A DNA stretch of 59,268 nucleotides, counting the filler, from Sphacelaria rigidula (taxonomy: Eukaryota), in NCBI GenBank assembly GCA_964200075.2. It is 4 parts of 4 records of this genome, joined end to end, with 100 filler letters (N's around TTAATTAATTAA, not from the genome) between each part and the next. Parts side by side here need not be neighbours in the genome. Positions count along the whole stretch, not along the records: positions 14,844 to 29,586 come from CAXNAA020002069.1; positions 29,687 to 44,428 come from CAXNAA020002070.1; 2 more parts are not named here. One strand, given 5' to 3'. Made by a program: the position numbers and the translations under genes. Below the pieces are notes generated by a model that was given only the letters and a program-made list of their open reading frames with translations, was not told the origin of the DNA and did not search any database. Below, one piece after another: positions 22,301 to 33,535 of this stretch (positions are counted from its first letter, which is position 1; the number at the start of each line of letters is the position of its first letter).

Positions 22301-25300
22301 CCAGTTGACATCGGATATAATCATATTGCGCCTTACCTTACACATACAGTATGTGTACTTCCTCGGAACACTCGGAGATGGTGCCCTATCTCCATCCCCG
22401 GTATAGCTTGAAAACCCCAGCGCTTGCAGCAACGCTTCCAACGGCACGGTACTACGATACGAGGTTGTGTAGCATCATCTAATGGCATGGTACTGCGGCA
22501 CGACGTAGGGAGACATCATGAGAATGGAAGGAGGCCTACCAGAGCTTTTATAGTGGCAAGATCACAGCGTTACCTAAGCATCATTTAGACATGTTGGTGT
22601 TGCACAACTCACCCGGGGGGCATAAATCGCACTCCGACTGGCCAGTGTCGTTCTGATAGGTGCTTGCAGCGCAGTCGATCGCAACACTTGATCCGGTAGG
22701 ACAGTAGTTACCCGTTGGGCATTCCCTGTGGAGTGCATCGGCATGCAGGATGTGCATTCATCGGCAATTGGATTTAAGATACCACGCCATGCATCAGAGC
22801 ACGAAATTTTGTGGGCGCATTGTTTTTTGAGCGTAGCATGGACAAGGGCACAAGCCATACAGGCATACACTTTGACGAGGAAGTGCTGCGGCTCAGAAAT
22901 CTTGCACGGCCAAACCGCCGGGATACGAAGGTATTTCAATAGCTTGGTAAGTATAATTACAGGAAGATTAATTAAAAGGGACAACTTGACCTCAAGCACG
23001 TTACTGTTCGCTTGGATTCGAGTCACGTTGATAAAGTCTGCCGTGAGGTGGTGAACCACAAGTTTCAAACATCGGGAATATCACATGCGATTAGTATATT
23101 CATGTATGCCGTCAGTTCTACCGTGGAGTTTTGTAGATGGCGAGGGGCTAACTAAAGTGCTGTCGAGATCGTTCTGCACAACCCTGAATCTAAGTAAATG
23201 CGGAGTCCCACTTTAATGTGACCAAACTCGGCTGGAACTGTACCGCGTCAGACTCTTCGAGAGTTCTGGCAGTCCTGACCATACTTACATGGTCGGATAT
23301 GCGTCGCCTCCAGGGCAGAAGAAGCCCTCCAGACAAGGCACGGTGGCATTGACTGCTCCGTTTTCCGGACAGTAAAAGCCAGGGTCGCACGGAGCGCATT
23401 CGCCGTCACTCGATAGTCCGAAGGCGGCGCTCATGGTGCCCAGTGGACAGAGGGTCGGCGATACCGAACCTTGTGTGACAGAGAGCGGTGGTGGCCGTTT
23501 GTGGGTGACGGTGAGGAATTCATTGACTTCAGACTCCCATCTACTGTCAACATTGATTAGCTAAGTTTGCATCAACATCTAGAGTATCATAGCGGGCCAA
23601 TGCTCGTGCTGATTAGATGGGATTCTGGTTGATGGTTTCCATTGTATATTAAACAGGTGTGCCATCATACCGTAGTAGCAAATAAATATCCGACCAATCG
23701 AAAGAATCCATAGCATAGCCCCTAGATAGCGAACGAGTGGACGACCATCATTAAAAAGTGTACTCGTCAACTGCAAATGAAGCATTCGCGCGGGGGATTG
23801 GTTGATCTTGACGTTAATAAAGCCTAAATTGAACGATCCGAATTTTAATCGCCACAGGCGCTTTTCATCCGCACGTACTCATGTGCAAAGTCAAGTGTTT
23901 TGATAACTAGGGTCATTTCTAGAGTTTCCTCCCTTGCTTTGTTGGGACCGCGAGTGGTGCTGGTCATTGTCGGCGTCGGCTGTCGCAAGTCTACTCGGAT
24001 TATCATGTTTTTACGGGATCTTGAGAGGAATGGAACCGCTATGCCCCCAAATGAAATGTGCAGTAAAACGACCTTCGCCACGTTAAAACTACGCGCTTCA
24101 TCGCTTTGCACGTAGGCAATGAGACTATCAACCGTGAGAGAGAAGATGGTGTCAGTTATGGGGCATGAACGACTTCTTTGACCGCGAGCAGAAAAATCGC
24201 CATAATCGACCGTGATTGTTAACAAAAGTGCAAATGGACTACTGTGGTGAGCATCGAGCGGTGTGTGCGGGTTGGGGGGGGGGGGGGAAGTGGACACGAA
24301 TAAACTCTCGATTTGACTGTAGATCGAGCTAAACGAAATCTTCACTGTAGGGCCCTCCACCTGCGCATGCACGAAGGCTGTATTACAGTGAGAGATATTT
24401 CGTCGGGATGGGCACGTGGAATGGGGAGAAAACAGGGTTATAAATAATGCGCGATCTCAAAAGGGTATATGAAGGACAACAAGATGTCAGGCCGGACAGT
24501 TGTGCAAACAAGGCACTCATCGTTCTCCGTCCCGTTCATTTTGCCACCACACTGATTATCATCACACAGCTATCTCACTCTTGAATCAATCCGGAGCTGC
24601 ACGCATCGCCTAACCATAGATGCACGCTCAGGAATTGACGAGGATCACCATATAAAGATGCACTCAAAACAGGGGCAATATTTTCGGGAGTCGACACATG
24701 TTAGTACCAACAGTTCTCGACGAACATCAGGTAAGCAATGAACCAAGAAACACTGGGTGGAAAACATCTGCAAGTAGAACCGACCGGAAATTTCGACTTT
24801 ATCGGGCATATGATATTCATTTTCGTATCTTTTAGAATCCAAGACTAGTAGTTTAAGCGACAAGAATTGACTGATGTATCTTAGTCCACATATGGCCCGT
24901 CCTACATCCTCACCAACCGGGCAGTAATGGCCAACGGGGCACACGTCGTTTTCCGTGCCGTTTGTTCGGTCGACACACGTATCTCCCATATAGCCGGACG
25001 TGCTCGAGCTGTCGGGAGTTTTGACGGCAGCTCCGCCGTTGCAATAGTAGCCCCCGTCGCACAGTCCGGATGGCGACGCCAATCCGTCGCTAACGCAGTA
25101 CGACCCTATCGATTCATGCGTTGACAGATGAGTCCGAGATGTTGGAAGTGTAATAGAGTACGTCGAACGCGGATTGCGATGTGGTTGGTTGGTTGGCCAA
25201 CTGGTCGATTGATCCAAAAAATGGGTGACCGATTGGTTACTTGACGGTTTGATTGATTAGCGAGAACGACAGAATTCCAGGCACAGCGAGTGTATCCTTG

Positions 25301-28300
25301 TGATGGAAGTTGAACGTGATGACACAAGAGAATGAAGGGTTTTGCTGTGGGTTTTTCAAACTGCGGAAGGGGTCGAGGGTGTAGACAACGTTTTGCGATC
25401 ATAAGTCAGGATGACATGTATGTGACGCGCGGTCTCGTAGTGGGGTATCGAAGGGTGCAAACGGGAGGGCGCGGAGGGCGTGGGTGGGTAGAAGACCTGT
25501 GCTAAAGTAACAGGTGGTATTTGGTTTTGGAGTGACAAGCGTGATTTGTGCAACAAAGCAGTTACGGTCGGCGAAGCATGGTTCGTTGGTCACGTGACAG
25601 GGTGCATTGCTGGTAGGCTATGGGCCCTGTATACAAGAAGCGGGATCATGCTGACACAATGCGAGACACTAGTACGTGGCATATGGCTCTCGCTCGGCGT
25701 TTATTAGTGAACAACGTCGAACTGATTTCGATACGAAAATATATTCACATGGGAAGCGGACAATTCACGTTGAAATTTTCTCTACGAAATCTGAAGGGTA
25801 CAGGTTGTGCGTGGATACGTATCTTGACTGAGAGGAGATGTGAAACTCCAGCTGTAGCTGAACGATACGGGAGGCGTGATCGTCCAGGAGCTGAACAACG
25901 GCTTGTGTTATCAGTGGCAAAAATCGTGCTGATGCGTCGCCACCAGATTACAGTGGAAGCGAAGTCTTGCACTTTATTGTAATCGTTGTAACCTGAACAC
26001 ATATGCCTTCACCTGGTGTGCAAGGAGTGCACTGCGATTCGTCAGCTAGATTGGTCTCGTTGCCGAAGGTGCCGCTAGGGCAGAGGTATTGCGTTCCGAA
26101 CAGAGTACCAGGGAGGCAATAGCTACCAGTGGGGCAATCCGTGGGCGTCGATGCTCCCGAAAGACAGAAGTACCTAATATATCGACAATTAATTCAAAAG
26201 GCGGACGGCAGGATTGGGGGATGGTTGCTTTGTGGTACGTGCACGCCATTGATGTCTGCATCCAATGATTTCGTGTGAGAGAGAGGTGAGCCGCAAGCAT
26301 ATCATCTAAAGCACATGCTCAAGTCTACGATGCATCAATGTTTTGGGTAGTAGGTGCCTTGTCATATATGATAACCTCTCCAGTTCAGTAGTTAATTTTA
26401 TCTCTCGTTTCCCTCCTGCAACGCCTCCACACAGATGAGGAAGTGATGACTAACACACGGATGCTCTAGAGACGCGTGCCGCAGTCGCCAGCTTCCAAGT
26501 GCCACAGACTACCGGAAAATCCTCTTCAAGCGCACCAGTGTGCGAATGTCTTTCGAACGTAATCAATCAAGGTTCCGTGAGATTGAGGATGTTGCTTCTG
26601 ATTGAGATTATATCTTTGGCCGTCTGTGGAATCAGTATCATCTTCGCTTGGAACGTTACTGCGTGACCCTGATTTGCAACCCTGGCGGTCAGAGGGTTAC
26701 GATTTCGGAGAGGTACTCGTTGGGTGTAAGATTCGGAAGCACCCAAAAGACAATGGACGATCCTTTGAGATCATGACGGTTCACTACCCTGAATCTGCAT
26801 TCAACGTCTTGATCGGAAGAACACTTTGTAATGCATGGCATTATGTACTACAAGTAATGATAACCTGATCAATGCACAGCGACGCATGAGAAGAAGAATG
26901 TTGCGGTGGTTCGTGTGCTCGTTTCCTTCCTTTTTATTCTTAGTTCAAGGAAACGGACCGTTCCCTATTATCGCTCGTCACTGTTGCATTCACTAATAGA
27001 AACACATAAAAACAACGTTTTTCGTGTAAAATCTCACTCGCAATCAGGAGCTAGACTCTCAATCTCACGAAAACCTTGCTAATCATCAAAATAACACACA
27101 CACCTATACTGTTGAATGCGAAGAATTTGTCCATCGACGAATCTCCGCCGGACTTTCCGCAACGGTATATATTTTGTGGCCAGCACCGGCGTTGTGTTCG
27201 AAAAAGCAGTTGCATCTGGAAATTGACCGCAATTGATTTTGATCTATGGAAACAACCAGCCCGCCGTGGTGTGCCACGGTTGCCCGAGCACGTGATGTCG
27301 GCAGAGGATTGTGTGTGAAGATACTACTAGCCAACAAACGCTTTTTCTCGGAGCGTTGGCGGTGGCATATCAACTCGGTCCATCGCCAGACCTGTCGCTT
27401 ACAAGAGAGTCGTTCAACAACATGGAATATTCTTGCGCGTGTATCACTAAAGTGCAGCAGAAGCTAACGAACGCACAGGGCAACTGGAAAATGCCACACA
27501 AATATGGCGGAACCCGACACAGATTCGGAAACCCTCGTTTGGACTGGCTACGGCTCCATAAAACCCTCCAAATACATCAAGGCGTGTCTCATGTGACTGG
27601 CAACCCCCAAATAATCTACCACCGACCGACCTAAAATCAAAGAGCACAGGCCAAACCTCGGTTTCGCGAAATGTGTGATAGAATGTAGCAGTACTGACCG
27701 CCGATCGATCCCCAGCTCGGGCCGTCAGTAAACACCCTACCTTTGCCACCGACCGTGAATCCGACCCTGCATAAAAGCCATGCACAACAGCGGTCATATG
27801 GTAGTCTTTCGGTGTACAGTAGGTTGCCTTCTTCTATGTTCCCCAAACAACAGTATCTTACCCTGCGGGACACTCCTCACACTCCATTTGGCCAGTAGAA
27901 TCCTGATAGGTCCCCGCGTCGCAGTCTGTGGGTTCCCAAGAGCTTTCTGGGCAAGCTTCTCCCACACCGCACTGTAGCGTAGCCTCAACCGTTCCTGTTG
28001 GTCAGGGTAGTTTATGCTTGTCGATCGATGTTGTGTGCATCTGGTGCAGGGGATTATACGCATCGGGTGGCATTCGGAGATTTCGAACTTTCCTCGCGAA
28101 CTTGGCGCGAGCAGTCAGACGTCCACTCACAGTTTTGTATTCTTCACTATGCTCTTACTGGTATTGATAATGGCATTGGGCAGCACACAGCCACGCTCAT
28201 TCAATAAAAAGCAAAAACAAACAGGTGTTTTCCCCGAACAGGATGGCATTCTGGAAGAAGCAAATTCGATTGAGCAAGCCAATGCTGTTCAGCAAAAAAA

Positions 28301-29382
28301 ACAGAGTCAGGCAGCATATATTGTCTGCGAAGTCCCTCCAGATTTATTCGCGGTCTACGTGTTTCGAAATGAGATGCACGGGGAACGTTTCGATCGGGGA
28401 GGCGACCGTGCGATATAAATAACGGAATCTATACCAACCTATGAGCAGACGAAATGCGTGACTGTCACGTGATCTTGTGCGAAAGACAGTTTGTAGGAAT
28501 TCGGTCAATTATCCTTTTTTTTTTAAATTAGCCCGACAATCAGTACGACCGTTCGGCTCTGCTCTGTTTGCTCAAGACAGGCAAACCGAAGTGTGAGGCC
28601 GACTACATGAAAGTGTCTGGTGCGCCACGGCACCGCTCCACAACTGCGCACCGTGGCAAAGGGTATGGGGCTATTCGTACTCTGGCGTAGAACACCGCAT
28701 ATTTCCCCGGTCAGGGCAAGGCATGTAACCACAACACCTTCTTGCACCTGGGCTGAAAATCTACTGTATTTACTCTAGAGCGAAGCTGTGAATACACCAC
28801 CGTCCCGGACGCTGCAACAAGGAGACGAGTACGGAGATTGGAGTTCACTTCGTGCTAACGCTAGATTGAGTTTAGTTTCAAACACCAACGCATCGGCATG
28901 CACGCACCTTGCTTGTGATTATACATCTACAATACGTCTTGTTGCACCAAACGAGAGCTGTTGTCGAAATGGTGGAGCAGATGTTAGCTCGATTGTTTAC
29001 ATTTCCGCCGAACCGTCGACATGATTTCCATATCGGTGCAGAATTCACCACATATAGGTGACGTTCAAAAGACAAGGGATGACTGCAAATTATATGTAAG
29101 GCCACACCACACCATTACCGCACCTTCGGGACAGTAGTACCCCGCCGGACACGGTTCAGTAGGCGAAGAAGTATTTGCGTATGGGCAAATGAATCCTGCC
29201 TCACAGGGCAAGCAATCTGTTATGGCGGTGTTTCCAGTGGATGGGGAATACGTGCCAGCCGAGCAGGCACGAGGTGCTATCGACCCCGTCAAGCAGTAGT
29301 GACCTGGCGGACAAATGTCGCCAATGTTGTCACCGAAGGACGTTGGGTCGGTTTCGTTGTTCGGCGCGGGTGTCCATGAGCC
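16205..29382 (-). CDS. Partial multi-exon gene for a large cysteine-repeat extracellular protein (ephrin-receptor-like/GCC2-GCC3 repeats); 14 exons, 2286 nt, 762 aa, both ends outside the contig
   Basis: Exons 29382-29124, 27994-27862, 26173-26013, 25105-24914, 23469-23289, 22725-22613, 22210-22045, 20696-20549, 20343-20077, 19593-19463, 18331-18200, 17651-17537, 16951-16844 and 16384-16205 splice with matching phases into one stop-free frame of CPxGxYCPxG / CPxGTY repeats. Confidence 0.92.
16844..16951 (-). CDS. Cys-repeat gene exon 13
   Basis: tag|GVDPIPCPVGTYNEFVLQYHLDHCLPCPSGYHCDVE|gtacgt, phase 0/0. Confidence 0.9.
17537..17651 (-). CDS. Cys-repeat gene exon 12 (GC donor)
   Basis: cag|(R)VALLGVSSDDCGVCPAGYICFPGEAVPEECYRGYYCPQ|gcgagc. 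Confidence 0.85.
18200..18331 (-). CDS. Cys-repeat gene exon 11
   Basis: cag|(R)NYENYSYSVYNDIWEQFDGGPCPAGHYCPVGTEDPVQCENATV(R)|gtaatg. Confidence 0.9.
18760..18912 (-). mobile_element. Short intronic relic of RTE-like LINE RT
   Basis: Minus-strand SRSPDGLAKMMVVIVDV matches SRSPDGLAKMMTIIVDV of the LINE at about 58952-59003. The lower boundary is approximate. Confidence 0.65.
19463..19593 (-). CDS. Cys-repeat gene exon 10
   Basis: cag|TDLPSEDECPACPAGQYCIDGNMTSTCRAGYFCKTGIDTPTPN(R)|gtaatt. Confidence 0.9.
20077..20343 (-). CDS. Cys-repeat gene exon 9
   Basis: cag|AAESPQPVDGITGYECPRGTYCPEG...CPAGTYGNR|gtgagg. Confidence 0.92.
20549..20696 (-). CDS. Cys-repeat gene exon 8
   Basis: cag|(R)YCGSEGLIEPEGLCGAGHYCALG...CAAGYACVE|gtaaac. 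Confidence 0.92.
20725..21373 (+). mobile_element. Deleted mariner-like element: putative transposase N-terminal fragment plus right TIR
   Basis: MNTSPKRNRGAEVSLGRRYVMAVEIASAIPPGKSRVPQGALAPIAERYGLSAGYPKK (20853-21029) is HTH-like. It ends in cttatgagacagaggaag|TA at 21373, the same terminus type as the MITEs at 32443 and 54382. The left TIR was not found. Confidence 0.55.
21457..21720 (-). repeat. (AAATC)n tail with pyrimidine-rich upstream segment, probable retroposon 3' end
   Basis: (GATTT)-type repeat at 21457-21500 on plus, with an adjacent purine-rich plus-strand tract. Confidence 0.5.
22045..22210 (-). CDS. Cys-repeat gene exon 7
   Basis: cag|(G)YYCEMGESDPLPCPAGHYCPEGTAFGNQYLCPNGTYSNTTTLASLSECFLCPPG(R)|gtgcga. 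Confidence 0.92.
22613..22725 (-). CDS. Cys-repeat gene exon 6
   Basis: cag|(M)ECPTGNYCPTGSSVAIDCAASTYQNDTGQSECDLCPP(G)|gtgagt. Confidence 0.92.
23289..23469 (-). CDS. Cys-repeat gene exon 5
   Basis: aag|(G)SVSPTLCPLGTMSAAFGLSSDGECAPCDPGFYCPENGAVNATVPCLEGFFCPGGDAYPT(M)|gtaagt. Confidence 0.92.
24914..25105 (-). CDS. Cys-repeat gene exon 4
   Basis: tag|(G)SYCVSDGLASPSGLCDGGYYCNGG...CPVGHYCPV(G)|gtgagg. Confidence 0.92.
26013..26173 (-). CDS. Cys-repeat gene exon 3
   Basis: tag|(G)YFCLSGASTPTDCPTGSYCLPGTLFGTQYLCPSGTFGNETNLADESQCTPCTP(G)|gtgaag. Confidence 0.92.
27862..27994 (-). CDS. Cys-repeat gene exon 2
   Basis: cag|(G)TVEATLQCGVGEACPESSWEPTDCDAGTYQDSTGQMECEECPA(G)|gtaaga. Confidence 0.9.
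29124..29382 (-). CDS. Cys-repeat gene, first exon seen
   Basis: cag|GSWTPAPNNETDPTSFGDNIGDICPPGHYCLTG...CPAGYYCPE(G)|gtgcgg. Confidence 0.9.
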
Positions 29383-29477
29383 CTGGTACATGTAGACGCC
29401 GATAGAGAAAATGTGGTCGTTTTGTTTATTCGGGGCAAGGCCGAGCGGGGGGGGGGAGTAGTTGTCTCATAAGCCGC

Positions 29478-29560
29478 CGCGCCCCGGTGGTGTAATGGCC
29501 CGAATTTCGCCATTAGGGTGGGAAGAACGGGGTTCGATTCCCGATGCGTTGGGTTTTTTC
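29478..29560 (+). mobile_element. tRNA-like Pol III head (probable SINE 5' end or tRNA pseudogene), cut by the contig end
   Basis: A box TGGTGTAATGG (29488-29498) and B box GGTTCGATTCC (29531-29541), followed by a T run. No convincing anticodon arm. Confidence 0.55.
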
Positions 29561-29586
29561 TTCGTAATGTATAATTTCCACCGTGG

Positions 29587-29686
29587 NNNNNNNNNNNNNN
29601 NNNNNNNNNNNNNNNNNNNNNNNNNNNNNNTTAATTAATTAANNNNNNNNNNNNNNNNNNNNNNNNNNNNNNNNNNNNNNNNNNNN
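29587..29686. other. Artificial contig spacer
   Basis: 44 N + TTAATTAATTAA + 44 N. Confidence 0.97.
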
Positions 29687-29816
29687 CAATCCCGGGGAGC
29701 GGTGGATTCTCATTTCAAAATACCTTCTCATTTTTCTGGCAACCCTGTTACTTTTGGGACCTCGAACCCACTTTTTGACCCCCAAACAGGGGAAATCGCC
29801 AACACACCTCTCGGAC

Positions 29817-30076
29817 ACTTTGCATCACCCCACAGAGAGGAGCTTAGCCTACTTTTCAGATTCGCTTGGCTCCGAGGTTTCGAGATTGACCGCTGAACAA
29901 TAAATAGGTCGTGTGCAATAATCTATGCTTGCCGACATCACTCTGCCCAATGATCTGTGGAGATCGCGATATATTTTATTGCACACGGATTATTGTTCAG
30001 CGGCCACTCTCGGAACCTTGGAGCCAAGCGAACCTGAAAAGTGGGGTAGGCTCCTCTCTGTGGGGTGATGCAAAGT
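29817..30076. repeat. Inverted repeat (about 100-bp arms, 29817-29921 and 29976-30076), core of a foldback/MITE family
   Basis: actttgcatcaccccacagagaggagc...cgctgaacaataa...gtgtgcaataa pairs with ttattgcacac...ttattgttcagcg...gctcctctctgtggggtgatgcaaagt. Confidence 0.85.
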
Positions 30077-30936
30077 ATGTAAAACAATCGTTTTCGATCG
30101 GAAACATGCGGTCGAAAGGCACGAAGCGGGGCTTTACTCCTATCTTGCAGACCACCACGCCAGATAATACCTGTTCACACGACCATGCAAACTTTATCAA
30201 ACTCATGCCCAGCTACCTAGCCGTAAATTCCGTTCGGGTGCGGTAGCCGCTAGTGCACGTACATGTGACTATTCTTGTGTTCGGGGAGAAACACCTGAGC
30301 CCTCCGAACCCATGGTTGCGGATTTATTGTACTACACCATCTTGTTTCGAAAATGAATAGAGTAGAACCCCCGAGCCGTCCAACCCCATGGTTGCGAACT
30401 CAATGAACTGTACGGTCTTGTTTCGAAAACAAATTTTACAGTCTGTGGTTTTGCCAGATGATGTCGCCTAGCTAGCTAGCTAGCTACCTAGCCATATATC
30501 CCGCAGACGGTCGACGAGGGGGAGGCAGTGCTGATTCCCTGTCACGATAAAAAATCAAAAGGCAACCACCATATATAGGTGCAGCTCCGCATCGAGGACA
30601 TTGTAGTTCACCTGCTTACAGTAATATTTGTTTCACTAGACTCAAGTTTTTATACTGTATATCATTGCGGTAGATGCAGCCCTGTATACAGGACTATGTC
30701 TACTGCAGACATATTCGCCGTCTATCCTCAAACCTCGTTTTGATCATACCAAATCAACCATAGATTATATATCCAAAAAACAGGTGTTTGAGCATCTTCG
30801 GTACACTGTTGTGTCTGTCTGTTCAGATTGCCTGAACGTTGTACTGGCTCCACACCTCCATCTGGTATAAGAGGTCATGGTGCAACACGCGAGTAGCGGC
30901 CACGAGTATCCTACGCACGTAGATGCAGACAAGTAC

Positions 30937-31106
30937 CTCGACGGTGAGGCAACCGCCATCGCCGAGTAATTGCTCTACGGTAGCCAGGGCCGTTCGTGGC
31001 GATAGCCATGGTGCGATATCCAAACGCACGCTGCGTACACTCGGCACGTTCAACCCTGCAAGATCCAGTACGCTGTAGACCGCACGTGCAGCCGCGGCAC
31101 GATACA
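30937..31106 (-). CDS. Putative orphan exon, unknown product
   Basis: tag|..YRAAAARAVYSVLDLAGLNVPSVRSVRLDIAPWLSPRTALATVEQLLGDGGCLTVE|gtactt. Open frame with AG/GT ends and no recognised homology. Confidence 0.3.
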
Positions 31107-31621
31107 CTACAGACTACACAGCGACAATATGAGGCGTAATAATCTCGTGGATGACAACCACACCACCGTCTGTGTTCTGACTCTCACAATTATGTGCCTT
31201 TGATGCTCTCCCGGTCCCTTCCCCCGTAGAGCAGGCGTTTTGAGTTGATAAAAAGGAATGATTCTGATTCCAAAAAGTGGAGTGTTTACCTCAGTCTACC
31301 AGCGGGGGGTCGCCGTCTGCGTTAAACCCGTGAACCGCGGCGCCGGTACTTCATCTCCATCAGGCATACTATTTTCAAGTAAATATTGATGCCGATTCAG
31401 CAGGTGACCTGCCCTCGCGGTCGAGAGATCAACACCGGTATCCTCTTTCGACTTATTCTCATTAGTGTTCTTAAACATGCTTTTGTGGGCTGTTGAGTTC
31501 GCACAACGGGGACCCACATGACCCAGATATGGCACTATTAGACGCTTCATGTCAAAACTAAAGAGTGAGGGATCTCAGATGTTCCGACCTGTGGTTGAGG
31601 TGAAGAAATACCCCGACATTA

Positions 31622-32155
31622 GACCCTGACTTCTAAGGCATGCTTTACTTTTTGCCTTAAAGCCCCTTTTCAGAACGGGGTTGCCTGAGAGGGGGTTATG
31701 GTGCCTGAGATGCCTCTGGGCGAGGCAAACACATATACTACAACAAAAAATGGAAGTAAAGCACACGAATGACGACGCCAACTCCAATTAGACGGCATAT
31801 CGGGATTATACTTTTTGCCTTGAAGCCCCTTTTCGAAAAGGGGTTGCCTGGTAGGGTGTTTTATGCCTTATTTGACAAAGATAAACACAATATACTAGAA
31901 AAACAATAGCTATGAGTCAAGCTCATGACAACGCCCACTCCAATTATTCGGGTAACCGGGGTGATTGACTAAGGAAAGTCTAAGGCAAGTCTAAGGCAAG
32001 CCTCAGGCATCCCGAGCTATAAACTAGGGCACATCAGGTATGAATACGGGGTAAGGCATGCCTTAGCAGTTGCCTGAGGCCAACTATCTTGCCTGATACG
32101 TGCCTTCGACGGTTTGTCTTAGACCCCCCTTCGGCATGCCTTAGAAGTCAGGGCC
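31622..32155. mobile_element. MITE (534 bp) with 22-bp TIR and TA target duplication
   Basis: TA|gaccctgacttctaaggcatgc (31622-31643) and gcatgccttagaagtcagggcc|TA (32134-32155). Internal diverged direct repeat starting near 31647 and 31809. Confidence 0.85.
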
Positions 32156-32442
32156 TACCCGCCATGAACACGCTGCTTTGGTTCGGGTTCTTGTTCAGAG
32201 TTTATACGATGTCGAGGAGGCTTTTGTGGTTCGGGATCGACACCCCGCGAAAAAGAGCCAGTGTGGGCGACTTTCGTTTGCCAGAACACGCGCCACAGGT
32301 ATTGGATGGCACTCAAACCTAAACTGTGATGTACAACTGACCCCCCTTCGAGCACTGCAAAAAGAAGCGCGGGCTAAGATGCCTTGCAGCCAGAGAAAGC
32401 TCGGCAAAAGTGATGAAAAATGCGAAATGATACATGTACATA

Positions 32443-33401
32443 CTTCCTCTGTCCCATAAGTCTGGGGAGTTATGGGCGTGTAATTATTTACGCACTTATA
32501 CTTTCCCGATCATCCTATAGTTAGGTTCGTTAGAAAGATGAAGTCTCAACGAAGCTGATGAAAAAAAAAAGAAGCCGGTTGCCCATTCTAAAATGAAGTC
32601 GAGATATGCCCATTTTGCCCCATTTTTGAGAGTTTTTTTTTATTTGTTTTGAGATTTTGATTTTGAGAATTCGTGTGTACCACCCCTAGACCTAGCCCAC
32701 AGACAACACAATACCATGGACTTGCCCCCAAGAACCCCCCCCCCGTTGCAAGGGCGGCGAGCTATCCGTGGGCCGCCGCATTGCTATCGCGGTGGAGGTT
32801 GCGAGGACAACTAATCGTTTGTTTTCCCCTGGGGACCCCCAAGTGTATTGTTTTTAGTGTGGGACCACCGAGTGTCTTGGTTCTAGTGCGGAACCTCCAA
32901 GTGTACTGGTTTTAGTGTGGGTCTATATTATACTGATTTTAGTATGGGGGGACGCGACATGGATCGTTGAGTTGGAGCGTTTAGTAGAGGGGGGGGGCTA
33001 CTGTTGTTTGTTTTACCCCCCAAGTGTCTTGGTTTTAGTGTGGGACCCCCAAGTGCCTTGTTCTTAGTATGGGGTTACTGTTATACTGGTTTTAGTATGG
33101 GGGTATGCGACATGGATCGTTGAGTAGAGGGGGGTTAGGTTTAGGGTTGGGGATAATTCTTGGGGGTTTTTAGTTCAGTTTTTTTATAGTGTTCCCAATG
33201 GAAAGTGGTCAAAATACGGCTATTTTTGACCTGACTACTTTTTTGCTAGCCGCTAGCACATGCAAGGTAGTGCGCAAGAAAAAAAAGAAGTATTTTAACC
33301 CGAAAAACGCTCAAGATTTCAACAAAATTATCGCCGAAGACATCCGACACCGTTAAGGGCTCGTACAAACATAACTCCCCAGACTTATGGGACGGAGGAG
33401 G
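32443..33401. mobile_element. Stowaway/mariner-like MITE (959 bp), 32-bp TIR, TA target duplication
   Basis: TA|cttcctctgtcccataagtctggggagttatg and cataactccccagacttatgggacggaggagg|TA. Internal short tandem repeats of about 29 bp at 32835-33070. Confidence 0.88.
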
Positions 33402-33535
33402 TATATATATGGTACATAATACATGATATATGATGCATGATACATAATACATGATACATAATACATTATACATTATACACAATGTACACATATAACATAG
33501 TATGTACTATATAATATACAATATATAATATATAA
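33402..33535. repeat. AT-rich low-complexity (ATAC/AT)n tract
   Basis: Directly visible. Confidence 0.8.

Noticed and set aside
27971..27974. Alternative acceptor for Cys-repeat exon 2 at 27971
   Set aside because: Phase 0 is incompatible with the phase-1 end of the upstream exon. The acceptor at 27994 fits.
29478..29560. Functional tRNA gene
   Set aside because: A and B boxes are present but the acceptor and anticodon stems do not pair convincingly. Treated as a SINE head or pseudogene.
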